From assembly GCA_965224025.1 (NCBI GenBank), contig OZ245033.1, forward strand, positions 1,440,001-1,504,000: 64,000 nucleotides of DNA, read 5' to 3'. Under the pieces are notes generated by a model. The model worked only from the letters and a program-made list of their open reading frames with translations. It had not been told where the DNA came from and searched no databases. Positions 1 to 9,911 of the stretch are shown one piece after another. The stretch's first letter is position 1. Each line of letters starts with the position of its first letter. Source of the DNA: Candidatus Multivorans sp. Its GTDB lineage: Bacteria; Acidobacteriota; Thermoanaerobaculia; Multivoradales; Multivoraceae. Both the position numbers and the translations under genes were made by a program.

Positions 1-1425
1 GTCGTTGTCATAGTCGAAGAACCAAGTGGCGAAGCTCTCCCGCTCCGGTTCGGTGACGCCCGTCTGGACGGCGGCATCCAGGAAAACGCCGCCGTCGTTC
101 AGGTAGAGCCGGTTGGCGCCGAAGTTGGAGACGTAGAGATCGAGGTCGCCGTCGTTGTCCGCGTCGCCCCAGGCGGCGCCCTTGGCGTAGCGCAGGTTGC
201 TGACCCCCGCCATTGTCGCCACGTCCTCGAACGTGCCGTCGCTGAGGTTGCGGAACAGTTGCGACGGGTACTCGTGGGCCTCACTCGCCTCGTTGCCGAC
301 GTAAAGGTCGAGGTCGCCGTCGTTGTCGTAGTCGCCCCAGGCGGCGGCCTGGGTCGGATAAGCGGGTTCAGCCAGGCCGGCGGCCTCTGTGACGTCGATG
401 AAACGGCCGGCGTCACCATTCAGTTCGTTGCGCAACAGCGAGTTGCGGATGCGGCCCTCCTCCAGCAGCCAGGCGCCGCGTAGCACCATCAGGTCGAGGC
501 TTCCGTCGTCGTTGTAGTCGGCGTGGAGCAGGTTCAGACCGCCAAGCTGACCGCTAAGACCCCAAGCTTCGGCGACGTCCTCGAAGCCGCCTCGACCGTC
601 GCCTCGGAATGCTCTGAGCGGACCGCACGGATCCCACGTTGAGGTGATGAGGTCGAGAGTGCCATCGCTGTCGAAATCGTCGACTATGGCGCCGCCAGCG
701 AGATCGAGAGCGTCAACCCCGAGTTCCGGGCCGAGATTGCGCCAGCGCCCCCCCGGAACCGGGGCGGAGGCGAACACGTCCTCGCCGATCCGGAAGTGGA
801 CGGGCACGCCCTCGGGGAAGTCGCCGGTCAATCGGCGCGCGACGTTGAGTAGCCACCTTGCCCGTTGCCGCCAGGGACCGGTCGGGCGTCCTTCCTGCAG
901 CATTGCCAGGAAGAGGTCGCCTGCTGCGCGAGCATGTTCGGGACGGGCGTGGACTGCGGAGGAGGTGAGCGGGAGGATGCAGCTATCGGCCGAACGCCTG
1001 ACTCGATGGATTTTCCCCTGCTCGGTGGCTCCGTCGTCGGGAGCGGCTCCGGTGTCGAGGTGATGGACGCAGTTCAGATCCTCGGCCCGCTGGAGATGGG
1101 CCAGCGCCTGGTCCCACTCGGCAACAGTCGGCCGGTCGGCGGCAGATGAAGCAGCCAGCGCCGTGGTTGCCGCCGCGAGGTGTTTGATCGCCGCCGCAGT
1201 GTCGCCGAGCCGGAGCAACTCGCTTCCGAGTTGGGCCCTTATCGTGGGGCTTGCCGGGGTCGAGGACAGCTCGGCTCGAAGCTCGTCCGCGAACCTTGTG
1301 CCGAAGTAAGGGTTTGAGCTGTCTTGCAGCCGCTGACAGGATTCTTTGAAGTCTTCGGCGAGCGCGGCGGCGGCAGCGAGAAAAGCTGCGAGCAGGACCA
1401 GACTGGCGAGCCTGCGGGCCGGCAT
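1..1425 (-). CDS. FG-GAP repeat / CRTAC1 (ASPIC-UnbV)-family secreted protein, runs off window start
   Basis: Own translation from ATG 1425: signal peptide MPARRLASLVLLAAFLAAAAALA, repeated DxDxDG motifs (WGDYDNDGDLDLY, WGDADNDGDLDLY, WFFDYDND). TAGTCT lies 6 nt upstream of the ATG. Confidence 0.85.
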   Translation of the reverse strand, partial: MPARRLASLVLLAAFLAAAAALAEDFKESCQRLQDSSNPYFGTRFADELRAELSSTPASPTIRAQLGSELLRLGDTAAAIKHLAAATTALAASSAADRPTVAEWDQALAHLQRAEDLNCVHHLDTGAAPDDGATEQGKIHRVRRSADSCILPLTSSAVHARPEHARAAGDLFLAMLQEGRPTGPWRQRARWLLNVARRLTGDFPEGVPVHFRIGEDVFASAPVPGGRWRNLGPELGVDALDLAGGAIVDDFDSDGTLDLITSTWDPCGPLRAFRGDGRGGFEDVAEAWGLSGQLGGLNLLHADYNDDGSLDLMVLRGAWLLEEGRIRNSLLRNELNGDAGRFIDVTEAAGLAEPAYPTQAAAWGDYDNDGDLDLYVGNEASEAHEYPSQLFRNLSDGTFEDVATMAGVSNLRYAKGAAWGDADNDGDLDLYVSNFGANRLYLNDGGVFLDAAVQTGVTEPERESFATWFFDYDND

Positions 1426-1466
1426 GGACGAAGACTACTACGATCCGGGCGCGCGCCCGTTCGCGG

Positions 1467-3314
1467 CTAATCCGCCGGAGGCTTCGCGGTTTCAGGCTCC
1501 GAGTCGCCGTCGTCGGCAGGGGTCGAGGACGCCGCCTCGCCCGGGTCGCCGACGGTGAGTGCTTCTCCATCCGTCGCCGGTGGCGCGGGCGGAACCGGCG
1601 CGGCGGGGGCCGTGCCGTAGTCGGAAGTGCCGAACCGGGTCATGAAGACCGCGCCGAGGCCGATGGTCCAGGCGACGTAGCAGATCAGGACTCCTGGTAT
1701 GCGGAACATGGCGCGGAAGAACCAGGGCAGACCCAGAAAGCCGAGCAGGTCGGCCACGAGTGCGAGCGCCTGGATCGCGAGGACGCCGAGCGCCAGAGCG
1801 CCGAAGCTGCCGGCCGCTACCCGGCCGGCGCCCTGGAAGCGCCGGCGGCACCAGTCGCCGGCCGCCGCCGCCGATCCCGCGTAGCCGAACACGAAGGCGG
1901 CCGCCAGACCGATGAACGCCGCCGGCCAGACGAGGACGGCGAAGGGAATGCCGATGATCGTCACCGCGAGCAGCAGGCTGACGATGACCAGGACGGGGAT
2001 GAAGAAGACCTCCACGCCCAGGCCGACCGCGAACATGATCCCGAGGTCGGACGCCGCCGCCGACCGCACCCGGCCGACCCCCTTCGGCGCCACCAGGAGG
2101 ACCAGGCCGCTAAGCGCAATCAGCAGAAAAGTGAAGATGATCGACTGGACGAACTCGAAGACCTTGCCCAGTCGGAAGAAGGGGGGCCGGTCGCCGACAC
2201 CTGGAAACCAGTCGCCGTCCCAACCGTCGAACCAGTCGCCGCCGAAGTTCCAGTCGAAGTCATCCCAGGCCACCTCGGATACCTCGCCGAGCACGGACGA
2301 TCCGTCTTCCCGCCGTACCCTGCCGCCGACCGTGACGATGTCGCCAAACACCTCCGCTTCGGGGCCGAGCTCCACGTCGCCGCCGATAGCGACCACTTCG
2401 CCGGTCACGCGGCCATTGATCTTCGCTTCGCCGCCGACCGAAACCGCGTCGCCGCGAACCTGACCGTCGACCTTGACGTCGCCGCCGATCGAGACGATGT
2501 CGTTGACCACTTCGTCCCGGCCGACGCGCACGGTGCTGCCGAAGGCGACCCTGTTGTCGAGGTCGACGACGAGTTCTCCCTCGATCCCGTTCAAGTCGCG
2601 CTCGAGATCCTCCAGCCGCTCGATGGCCCCCTCGATCGCATCCTGGGCCTGTTCGCCAGCTTCCTCGAGTGCTTCGTCAAGGGTCTCTCGCGCTTCCTCC
2701 AGAGCCGCGCTCGCTTCCTCCTGGGCCTCCTGGGCCTCTTGTGCTTCCTGAGGCTGGCCGAACGCCAAGCCGGTGCAGCACAGTCCGCCGACCAGCAACA
2801 GGGCGCCGGCTCGTGCTCCACGGATCCGCCGCCGGCCGCCCGGTCCCGAAGAAAGCCGGTGGAGAAGATAGACCGCGGTCAGGCTGAGCAGCGTCGAGAC
2901 GGCCACCACCGCGGTGACCTGTGGCGTGCGCAGAATCAAGTCGAGAGCCTCTCCGACCTGGACCGCGCCGCTCAGGAACGCGAGGCTCTCGGCGAGGACG
3001 CCGGCGGTCCAGGTCAGGATCCAGACCGCGCTGAAGAGCGCTGCTTCCAGGGCTCTCAGCATGGTCAGCCAGGTGGACGGGACGAGCAGCATCCCGCCTC
3101 CGAGCAGGAGCATCGCCGTTGCCGCCGTTGCGCCGGCTGACACGCGTGCCCACCGGGACATCGGGAACGGCAAGAGCTGCGGAGCTGGCGCCGGCGCTTC
3201 GATCGGCCGCTTCGCGGCCGCCACCTGCCGCATGACGCGACCGACGAACCCGTCCGATGGGGCGGGATCCTCTAGCGATTGGAAGAGAGTCCGGAGGTCG
3301 ATTCGGTTCCGCAT
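1467..3314 (-). CDS. Membrane protein: putative anti-sigma N-terminus fused to a bactofilin-like (polymer-forming cytoskeletal) beta-helix and multi-TM C-terminus
   Basis: 615 aa ORF directly downstream of an ECF sigma. N-terminal PAPSDGFVGRVM plus TM helices, repeats DIVSIGGDVKVDGQVRGDAVSVGGEAKING, hydrophobic C-terminus. Confidence 0.7.
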   Translation of the reverse strand: MRNRIDLRTLFQSLEDPAPSDGFVGRVMRQVAAAKRPIEAPAPAPQLLPFPMSRWARVSAGATAATAMLLLGGGMLLVPSTWLTMLRALEAALFSAVWILTWTAGVLAESLAFLSGAVQVGEALDLILRTPQVTAVVAVSTLLSLTAVYLLHRLSSGPGGRRRIRGARAGALLLVGGLCCTGLAFGQPQEAQEAQEAQEEASAALEEARETLDEALEEAGEQAQDAIEGAIERLEDLERDLNGIEGELVVDLDNRVAFGSTVRVGRDEVVNDIVSIGGDVKVDGQVRGDAVSVGGEAKINGRVTGEVVAIGGDVELGPEAEVFGDIVTVGGRVRREDGSSVLGEVSEVAWDDFDWNFGGDWFDGWDGDWFPGVGDRPPFFRLGKVFEFVQSIIFTFLLIALSGLVLLVAPKGVGRVRSAAASDLGIMFAVGLGVEVFFIPVLVIVSLLLAVTIIGIPFAVLVWPAAFIGLAAAFVFGYAGSAAAAGDWCRRRFQGAGRVAAGSFGALALGVLAIQALALVADLLGFLGLPWFFRAMFRIPGVLICYVAWTIGLGAVFMTRFGTSDYGTAPAAPVPPAPPATDGEALTVGDPGEAASSTPADDGDSEPETAKPPAD

Positions 3315-3384
3315 GTTCAGCCCTCGCGGCGCGTGCGATTGTATGACGGCGGTCTTGTTGCGGCGTTCACCATGCCCTTCGCCC

Positions 3385-3411
3385 TACGATGCGAAGATCG
3401 CTGCGGTTTCA
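3385..3411 (-). promoter_or_regulatory. Candidate ECF (SigW-like) promoter TGAAAC-N17-CGTA
   Basis: The -35 TGAAAC overlaps the sigma gene stop codon. It resembles the B. subtilis SigW consensus TGAAAC-N16-CGTA and points into the anti-sigma gene. Confidence 0.5.
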
Positions 3412-3990
3412 AACCACGCCCTCCGCGCGCAGGCGCTGTTCGATCTCGCGGCGGGCCCGCCGCAGATTCGTCTTCACTGTTCCGAGCGGCATGCCGGTGA
3501 TCTCTGCGATGTCACGGTAGGGCAGCTCCTCCTTGAACCGCAGCAGCACGACCAGGCGGTACTCAGGCCGGAGGGCGGCCACCGTGGCTTCCAGCGCGGC
3601 TGCCAGCTCGTGCCTCTTGACCAGAGTATCGGCGGCCTCGGCCCGCTCATCGGGGGTGCGGTCGAGGATCGAGGACGCGTCGGTGTCGCTGCTCTCGATC
3701 GGCGTCGTGGGCAGCTTCTTTCGCCGCAGATGGTCGATCGCCGCGTTGCTCGCGATCTTGAAGAGCCAGCTCGCGAAGCGCCGCCGCGGGTCGTAGCGGG
3801 CCAGGGCCAGCCAGGCCTTGACGAAGACCTCCTGGGTGACGTCCTCGGCTATGCCGTGGTCCCGGACCATGCGCACGACCAAGCTGAAGACCGGGCGCTG
3901 ATAGCGCTCGACCAGGGTCTGGAAGGCCCGCTCCGACCCTTCGACAGCCGCCGCTATGAGCGCGACTTCATCTTTCTGTCGATGCGTCAA
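3409..3990 (-). CDS. ECF RNA polymerase sigma factor (SigW/RpoE-like)
   Basis: AEDVTQEVFVKAW, FASWLFKIASNAAIDHLRR (region 2); YRDIAEITGMPLGTVKTNLRRAR (region 4). Confidence 0.92.
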   Translation of the reverse strand: MTHRQKDEVALIAAAVEGSERAFQTLVERYQRPVFSLVVRMVRDHGIAEDVTQEVFVKAWLALARYDPRRRFASWLFKIASNAAIDHLRRKKLPTTPIESSDTDASSILDRTPDERAEAADTLVKRHELAAALEATVAALRPEYRLVVLLRFKEELPYRDIAEITGMPLGTVKTNLRRARREIEQRLRAEGVV

Positions 3991-3992
3991 GA

Positions 3993-4128
3993 TGTCATCC
4001 GTGCACTCGAGGACTCGCGCCCGGAGTGGTTCGCGGGTGGCGCCGAGCGCGCCACCCGGGTGTCATCCGTGCGCTCGAGGACTCGCGCCCGGAGTGGTTC
4101 GCGGGTGGCGCCGAGCGCGCCACCCGGG
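3993..4128. repeat. Two tandem copies of a 68-bp double-hairpin element (family A)
   Basis: 3993-4060 and 4061-4128 differ at one base. Homologous to 15379-15446 and 51997-52064. Confidence 0.92.
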
Positions 4129-4170
4129 TTGCAGTGTGGCACGCACGGTAACTGCCCGTATCATTGCCGC

Positions 4171-5199
4171 GTGAAGAGCGGGGAGGATCACACGGGTACC
4201 GGGGACTACGGAGAACTCGCGGCTGCGGTTCGGTCGGTGCGGATTGCAGGCCGGGTGACGCGGCGTCTACAGCAGTCGCTTCAGGGGTCCTTCCTGACCA
4301 AGGAGGACCGTTCGCCGGTGACGGTCGCTGACTACGCGGCGCAGGCTCTGGTCAGCCTCACGCTGCCTCGCGGGGAGGCCATCGTGGGCGAGGAGACCGC
4401 GACCGCTCTGGGAGGCGCCGGGGGGAGAGAAACCCTGGACAAGGTCGTGGCCGCGGTCCGGTCCGAGGTTCCCGATGTCACCGCCCGCGAGGTGCGAGCC
4501 GCGATCGACCGCTGCTCGGATCCCGGCGGTGCGAGCGGGAGGTTCTGGGTCCTCGATCCGATCGACGGCACGAAGGGATTCCTGCGCGGCGACCAGTATG
4601 CGATCGCCCTGGGTCTGATGGACGACGGCGAAGTCGTTGGCGGTGTGCTCGGTTGCCCGAACCTGCCTTCGCCCGCGGGGCGGGGTTGCCTGTTCGTCGC
4701 CGCCCGGGGTCGGGGCGCCTGCGAGCTGCCGTTCAACGAGGACAAGGGAACGCCGCAGCGTATCGGGGTTTCTGCGGTTGCCGCGTCGGGCGACGCCGCC
4801 TTCTGCGAGTCGGCCGAAGCGATGCACTCGGACCGCGATCGGCATGCCCGGATTGCTGTGCGGCTCGGGGTGACGGCCCCTGCCGTGCGCATGGACAGCC
4901 AATGCAAGTATGGGGCGATCGCACGCGGCGATGCCTCGATCTACCTCCGTTTGCCGTCGTCCAGGACCTATCGGGAGAAGATCTGGGACCACGCGGCTGG
5001 CTTCATCGTGGTGTCCGAAGCCGGCGGCGCCGTGACCGACGCCTACGGCCGGAGCCTCGACTTCAGCCTGGGGCGGACCCTGGATGAGAATCGAGGCGTC
5101 GTGGCGACCAACGGCCTCCTTCACGCTGTGGTTCTGGATGCGGCGGCCGCGGTGCTGCCACAGGACCCGGCAGTGTTGTCGCCGAACCCGGAAGGCTGA
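4171..5199 (+). CDS. 3'(2'),5'-bisphosphate nucleotidase, HAL2/CysQ inositol monophosphatase family
   Basis: [50 protein letters not shown] 4171 is preceded by TATCAT. Confidence 0.9.
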   Translation: MKSGEDHTGTGDYGELAAAVRSVRIAGRVTRRLQQSLQGSFLTKEDRSPVTVADYAAQALVSLTLPRGEAIVGEETATALGGAGGRETLDKVVAAVRSEVPDVTAREVRAAIDRCSDPGGASGRFWVLDPIDGTKGFLRGDQYAIALGLMDDGEVVGGVLGCPNLPSPAGRGCLFVAARGRGACELPFNEDKGTPQRIGVSAVAASGDAAFCESAEAMHSDRDRHARIAVRLGVTAPAVRMDSQCKYGAIARGDASIYLRLPSSRTYREKIWDHAAGFIVVSEAGGAVTDAYGRSLDFSLGRTLDENRGVVATNGLLHAVVLDAAAAVLPQDPAVLSPNPEG

Positions 5200-5215
5200 G
5201 ACGGGATCGTTCTTC

Positions 5216-6331
5216 GTGGCTTCCAACGAGACTCTGCTCGTTACCGGCGGCGCCGGTTTCATCGGCTGCAACTTCACGGCCAGGGCGCTGGCCGACGGTT
5301 CGTGCCGGGACAGCCGCGTCGTCGTGTTCGACAAGCTGACCTATGCCGGCAATCTTCTCAACCTGGAGGCGGTTGCGGCCGATCCGCGCTACCGGTTCGT
5401 GCAGGCTGACATCGCCGACCGCGACGCGGTCCGGCGAGTCTTCGCCGAGTACCGTCCGACGGCGGTCCTCAACTTCGCCGCCGAGAGCCATGTGGACCGC
5501 TCGATCGACAGTCCGGGCGACTTCGTCCGGACCAACATCGGCGGCACGTTCGAACTGCTCGAAGCTGCCCGGGGCGCCCTCAAGGAACGGTCGGAGGGGG
5601 AGAGAGCCGCCTTTCGGTTCATCCATGTCTCGACCGACGAGGTATTCGGCAGCCTCGGTGACGAGGGACGGTTCGACGAACACACACCGTACGACCCGAG
5701 TTCGCCCTACTCGGCGTCGAAGGCAGCCGCGGATCACCTCGTGCGTGCCTACGGCCGCACCTACGGCCTGCCGGCGATCGTGACCAACTGCTCGAACAAC
5801 TACGGTCCGTACCAGTATCCCGAGAAACTGATTCCGGTGATGATCCTGAACGCCGTCTCCGGGCTTCCCCTGCCGGTCTACGGCGAGGGCGCGAACGTCC
5901 GGGACTGGCTTCACGTGGACGATCACTGCGCCGGCTTGCTCACGGTGCTGAGGCGCGGCGAACCGGGCCAGAACTACAACCTGGGCGGCGACGAGGAACG
6001 AACGAACCTCGAAGTCGTGGAGGCGGTCTGTGGTGCGGTCGAGGCGGAGTTCCCGGCCGCGCGGAACGCCGCGCTTGCCGCCAGGGGGATGGGGAGCTAC
6101 CGGCAACTCGTGACCTTCGTTGAAGATCGGCCCGGTCATGACCACCGCTATGCGATCGATCCCGCGAAGGTGCGGCGCGAACTGGGATGGACGCCGCGCC
6201 ACGATTTCGAGAGTGGTCTGCGCGAAACGGTGCGCTGGTACCTTGGTCACCACGAATGGTGCGAGGCGGTCGCCCCTGGCGCTTCCAGGAACCGGAAGGG
6301 CGTAGGGCAGCGCCTGACGGCGGTGACATGA
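5216..6331 (+). CDS. rfbB: dTDP-glucose 4,6-dehydratase
   Basis: [50 protein letters not shown]. Confidence 0.95.
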   Translation: MASNETLLVTGGAGFIGCNFTARALADGSCRDSRVVVFDKLTYAGNLLNLEAVAADPRYRFVQADIADRDAVRRVFAEYRPTAVLNFAAESHVDRSIDSPGDFVRTNIGGTFELLEAARGALKERSEGERAAFRFIHVSTDEVFGSLGDEGRFDEHTPYDPSSPYSASKAAADHLVRAYGRTYGLPAIVTNCSNNYGPYQYPEKLIPVMILNAVSGLPLPVYGEGANVRDWLHVDDHCAGLLTVLRRGEPGQNYNLGGDEERTNLEVVEAVCGAVEAEFPAARNAALAARGMGSYRQLVTFVEDRPGHDHRYAIDPAKVRRELGWTPRHDFESGLRETVRWYLGHHEWCEAVAPGASRNRKGVGQRLTAVT

Positions 6332-7215
6332 GTCCGCTACGAGGAATCCTGCTGGCGGGCGGCGCCGGTACGCGGCTCCATCCGGTGACCCGCGCGGTCA
6401 GCAAGCAGTTGCTGCCGGTGTACGACCAGCCGATGATCCACTACCCACTGTCCAGCCTGATGGTCGCGGGCGTGCGGGAGATCCTGGTCATCACGACGCC
6501 GCACGACCAGTCCGCGTTTCAGCGCCTGCTGGGTGATGGCAGCGACCTCGGCCTCGAGCTTTCCTATGCCGTGCAGGAGGCGCCGGAGGGCATCGCGCAG
6601 GCGTTCCTGATCGGCGCCGAGCACCTGCGCGGGGCCAGAGCGGCGCTTGCGCTGGGCGACAACATCTTCCACGGCCATGGGTTGGCCCAGGTGCTCCAGC
6701 GGGCTGCGCAGCGGAACATGTCCTCGCCGGGTGCCGTGATCTTCGGCTACCGGGTGCGGGATCCCGAACGGTACGGCGTGGTCGAGTTCGATGACGAGCG
6801 GCGCGTGATCGGGCTGGAGGAGAAGCCGGCGGCGCCGAAGTCGCCCTACGCCGTGCCGGGTCTGTACTTCTACGACGAGCGGGTGATCGAACTGGCGCGG
6901 ATACTCGAGCCGTCGGCGCGCGGCGAGCTGGAGATCACCGATCTGAACCGGCTCTATCTGACCGAGGGCACGCTGCGGGTCGAACTCCTCGGGCGTGGCG
7001 TCGCCTGGCTCGACACGGGCACCCACGAGGCGCTCCTTCAGGCCAGCAACTTCATCCAGGCGATCGAGGAAAGACAGGGGTTGAAGGTCGCCTGCCTGGA
7101 GGAGGTGGCGTACAGCATGGGTTACATCGACGCGGACGAGTTGGGCCGTCTGGCGGAAGTGACGAACGACGCCTACGGCCGCTATCTGAGCCTCGTCCTG
7201 GAGGAGGAACGTTGA
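6328..7215 (+). CDS. rfbA: Glucose-1-phosphate thymidylyltransferase
   Basis: [42 protein letters not shown] overlap with rfbB. Confidence 0.95.
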   Translation: MSPLRGILLAGGAGTRLHPVTRAVSKQLLPVYDQPMIHYPLSSLMVAGVREILVITTPHDQSAFQRLLGDGSDLGLELSYAVQEAPEGIAQAFLIGAEHLRGARAALALGDNIFHGHGLAQVLQRAAQRNMSSPGAVIFGYRVRDPERYGVVEFDDERRVIGLEEKPAAPKSPYAVPGLYFYDERVIELARILEPSARGELEITDLNRLYLTEGTLRVELLGRGVAWLDTGTHEALLQASNFIQAIEERQGLKVACLEEVAYSMGYIDADELGRLAEVTNDAYGRYLSLVLEEER

Positions 7216-7778
7216 GCGCGCCGCCCAGGGTTCGTCCGACCGGGTTGCCCAATGTGCTGATCGTCGAACCTGCGGTTCACCGGGACGGCCGCGGGTTTTT
7301 TCTGGAGAGCCATAACTCGTCGACGTTCGCTGAGTCCGGCGTTGAAAGGCCGTGGGTTCAGGACAACCACTCGCGATCCGGCCGCACCACCCTGCGCGGG
7401 CTCCATCTTCAACGCCGCCGGCAGCAGACGAAGCTCGTTCGCGTCACCCGGGGCGAGGTCTTCGACGTCGCCGTGGATGTCCGGCGCGGTTCTCCGTCCT
7501 TCCTGGGCTGGACCGGTTGTGTGTTGTCGGAGGACAACTTCCGCCAGCTCTACATTCCGCGCGGTTTCGCTCACGGCTTCTGCGTGATCAGCGAGACCGC
7601 CGACGTGCAGTACAAGTGCGACGACTACTACGACCGGGACGACGAACTCTCGATTGCCTGGGACGATCCCCAGATCGGGATCGACTGGCCGGCTGACGAG
7701 CCGCGGCTTTCGGACCGCGACCGGGCGGCGCCTACCGTAGCGGGTTGTTTTGAGCAGTTGCCGACGTTCTCGTACTGA
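7212..7778 (+). CDS. rfbC: dTDP-4-dehydrorhamnose 3,5-epimerase
   Basis: [37 protein letters not shown]. Confidence 0.95.
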   Translation: MSAPPRVRPTGLPNVLIVEPAVHRDGRGFFLESHNSSTFAESGVERPWVQDNHSRSGRTTLRGLHLQRRRQQTKLVRVTRGEVFDVAVDVRRGSPSFLGWTGCVLSEDNFRQLYIPRGFAHGFCVISETADVQYKCDDYYDRDDELSIAWDDPQIGIDWPADEPRLSDRDRAAPTVAGCFEQLPTFSY

Positions 7779-7785
7779 GTCGGAT

Positions 7786-9153
7786 GTGTTTCGAGCGGCC
7801 CCCCTGACGGATCGGGACGGTCTGAGGGCCGCCGATCGCGATCAGCTCGAGGCCCATGGCATTGGCGTTGAGGAGGGCCGTCGGCAACTCGCGCTCCTGC
7901 GCGATCCGCCGCCGAAGACGAAGCTCGCGCGCCCGGCCCGGATCGGCGATGGCATCCTGCCTCTGGCTGAAGGCGCCCAGGCCGTCCGCCTGGCCGAAGA
8001 GGGGCGATCCGCCGCGCGGGCAGGCCGCCTGATTCGCTTCGTGCCGGCGTCCGGCGCGGCGTCGCGATTGTTTGCGGAACTTCGAACGGCCGAGGCCGCC
8101 GGCTACCCGGCGAACGATGCGGTCCTGGCCCGATTCGAGAACACCCGGCCCTGTCTTCCCTTCGACTGCGGTCCGACCGAGCTCCTGGACCGATACGGCG
8201 ACGAGCCCAAGGCCATGATCCCCTTTCACAGGTACGCCGATGGAGAGCGGCGGACAGCCCTGGAGGAGCACCTGGTCGAGGCGGCTGCTGTCATGGGCGG
8301 CCGCGGTTCGGCGGCGATCCACTTCTCCGTCGCCGTCCGCCACCGGCCGGCATTCGAGGAGCTGCTCGGTGACCGGCTGCCCGTGCTCGAAGGGCGGCTG
8401 GGATGCCGCTTCGACGTCACGCTCTCCCACCAGTCGCCGGCTACCGACAGCATCGCGGTCGACGCGGATGGAAAGCCGTTCCGGATTGCTGACGACCCGG
8501 TGGCGCCACTCCTGGTGCGGCCGGGCGGCCACGGCGCACTGCTTGGCAATCTCCAGGCGTTGGCCGATCGGGGCTTCGAGCTGATCGGGGTGAAGAACAT
8601 CGACAACGTTCAGCCCGAGAAGGCCCAGGGCGCGTCGGTACTTGCGATGCAGATCCTCGCTGGAATGGCGCGGGAACTAGCGCGGGATTCGGGTCGGCCG
8701 GCCAGGGTGTGCGGAGTCGTTCCAGCCACAGGATCCGCCGGCGGCGGTCCCTTCTGGGTTCACGAAGCCTCGGGTGCCTCGGGAACCTTGGGCGGACCGC
8801 GGCTTCAGATCGTCGAGACCTCCCAGATCGACCTCGAGGACAGGGAACAGACGGCGATTCTCGACCAGTCCACGCACTTCAACCCGGTGTTCCTGGTCTG
8901 CGCGGCGCTGGCCCCCGGCGGTGGGGCGTACCGGCTGGAAGACTACGTCGACCGGGGCGCCAGCTTCATCGTGCGCAGGAGTCATGGCGGCCGGGAACTG
9001 ACCGCACTGGAACGTCCCGGTTTGTGGAACGGATCGATGGCCGGTTGGGAGACGCGGTTCGTGGAGCTCCCGAGCGAGGTCTACACGCCGGTCAAGACCG
9101 TGTGCGATCTCGCCGGTGCGGAACACCAGTGCGGAGGAGGAAACTTCAAATGA
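7786..9153 (+). CDS. DUF4301 family protein (nucleotidyltransferase-like)
   Basis: FVPASGAASRLF, RPGGHGALL, KNIDNV, GGGPFW, THFNPV, LERPGLWNGSMA. Start uncertain. Confidence 0.8.
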   Translation: MFRAAPLTDRDGLRAADRDQLEAHGIGVEEGRRQLALLRDPPPKTKLARPARIGDGILPLAEGAQAVRLAEEGRSAARAGRLIRFVPASGAASRLFAELRTAEAAGYPANDAVLARFENTRPCLPFDCGPTELLDRYGDEPKAMIPFHRYADGERRTALEEHLVEAAAVMGGRGSAAIHFSVAVRHRPAFEELLGDRLPVLEGRLGCRFDVTLSHQSPATDSIAVDADGKPFRIADDPVAPLLVRPGGHGALLGNLQALADRGFELIGVKNIDNVQPEKAQGASVLAMQILAGMARELARDSGRPARVCGVVPATGSAGGGPFWVHEASGASGTLGGPRLQIVETSQIDLEDREQTAILDQSTHFNPVFLVCAALAPGGGAYRLEDYVDRGASFIVRRSHGGRELTALERPGLWNGSMAGWETRFVELPSEVYTPVKTVCDLAGAEHQCGGGNFK

Positions 9154-9911
9154 ACGAGACTGCGAGTCAGGTTGCCCCGCCGGAAGGGGGCGGTCCGGTA
9201 GACGGGAAGCTGGCGAGGGCCTCGAAGTCGCGGTTTGCGGTGCGAGCGGCGGTCCTGGTCCTGCTGGTCGCCGCTCTCGTGCTGTTCGGCCGCCGCGTCG
9301 CCGGCTACCTGCCCGAGTTCACCGCGTGGGTTGACGGACTGGGGTTCTGGGGGCCGGTCGTGTTCGTGGCTGGCTACGCCGTTGCCACCGTTGCCTTCAT
9401 TCCCGGCTCCCTGCTGACCCTGGCCGGCGGCGCGATCTTCGGTCTCTGGAAGGGAACTCTGCTGGTGTTCGTCGGCGCCTCCCTGGGCGCCATCGGCGCG
9501 TTCCTGGTCTCGCGCTACGCCGCCCGCGGCGCGGTCGAGCGGCGCATCGCCGGAAAGCGGCGTTTCGCCGCCATCGACCGCGCAGTCCAGCGCGAAGGGC
9601 TGAAGATCACCTTCCTGTTGCGGCTGACGCCGGTTGTCCCGTTCGCGCTCCTGAACTACGCCCTGGGCCTGACCCGCGTGCGGCTGGTCGACTACGCTCT
9701 CGCGTGCATCGGCATGCTGCCGGCGACGCTGCTCTACGTGTACTACGGCAAGGTGGCTGGCGATCTGGCCCAGCTCGCCGCCGGGGTCGGCCAGGAGCGC
9801 GGCTGGGATGACTATGCAAAGTGGGGCGTCGGCCTGGTGGCGACCATCGGCGCTACGGCGATCATCGTGCGGATCGCGCGGCGAGCGCTCAGGGAGGAGG
9901 TAGGCGAATGA
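9150..9911 (+). CDS. TVP38/TMEM64 (VTT/DedA-superfamily) membrane protein
   Basis: FIPGSLLTLAGGAIFG, LLRLTPVVPFALLNYALGLT, GMLPATLLYVYYG. Confidence 0.88.
   Translation: MNETASQVAPPEGGGPVDGKLARASKSRFAVRAAVLVLLVAALVLFGRRVAGYLPEFTAWVDGLGFWGPVVFVAGYAVATVAFIPGSLLTLAGGAIFGLWKGTLLVFVGASLGAIGAFLVSRYAARGAVERRIAGKRRFAAIDRAVQREGLKITFLLRLTPVVPFALLNYALGLTRVRLVDYALACIGMLPATLLYVYYGKVAGDLAQLAAGVGQERGWDDYAKWGVGLVATIGATAIIVRIARRALREEVGE

Noticed and set aside
3993-4128. CRISPR array
   Set aside because: Two abutting 68-bp units with no spacers, and no cas genes in the window.
2914-4170. 761-aa ORF as an N-terminally extended nucleotidase
   Set aside because: The extension is antisense to the sigma/anti-sigma genes and runs through the repeats. 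The real start is probably GTG 4171.
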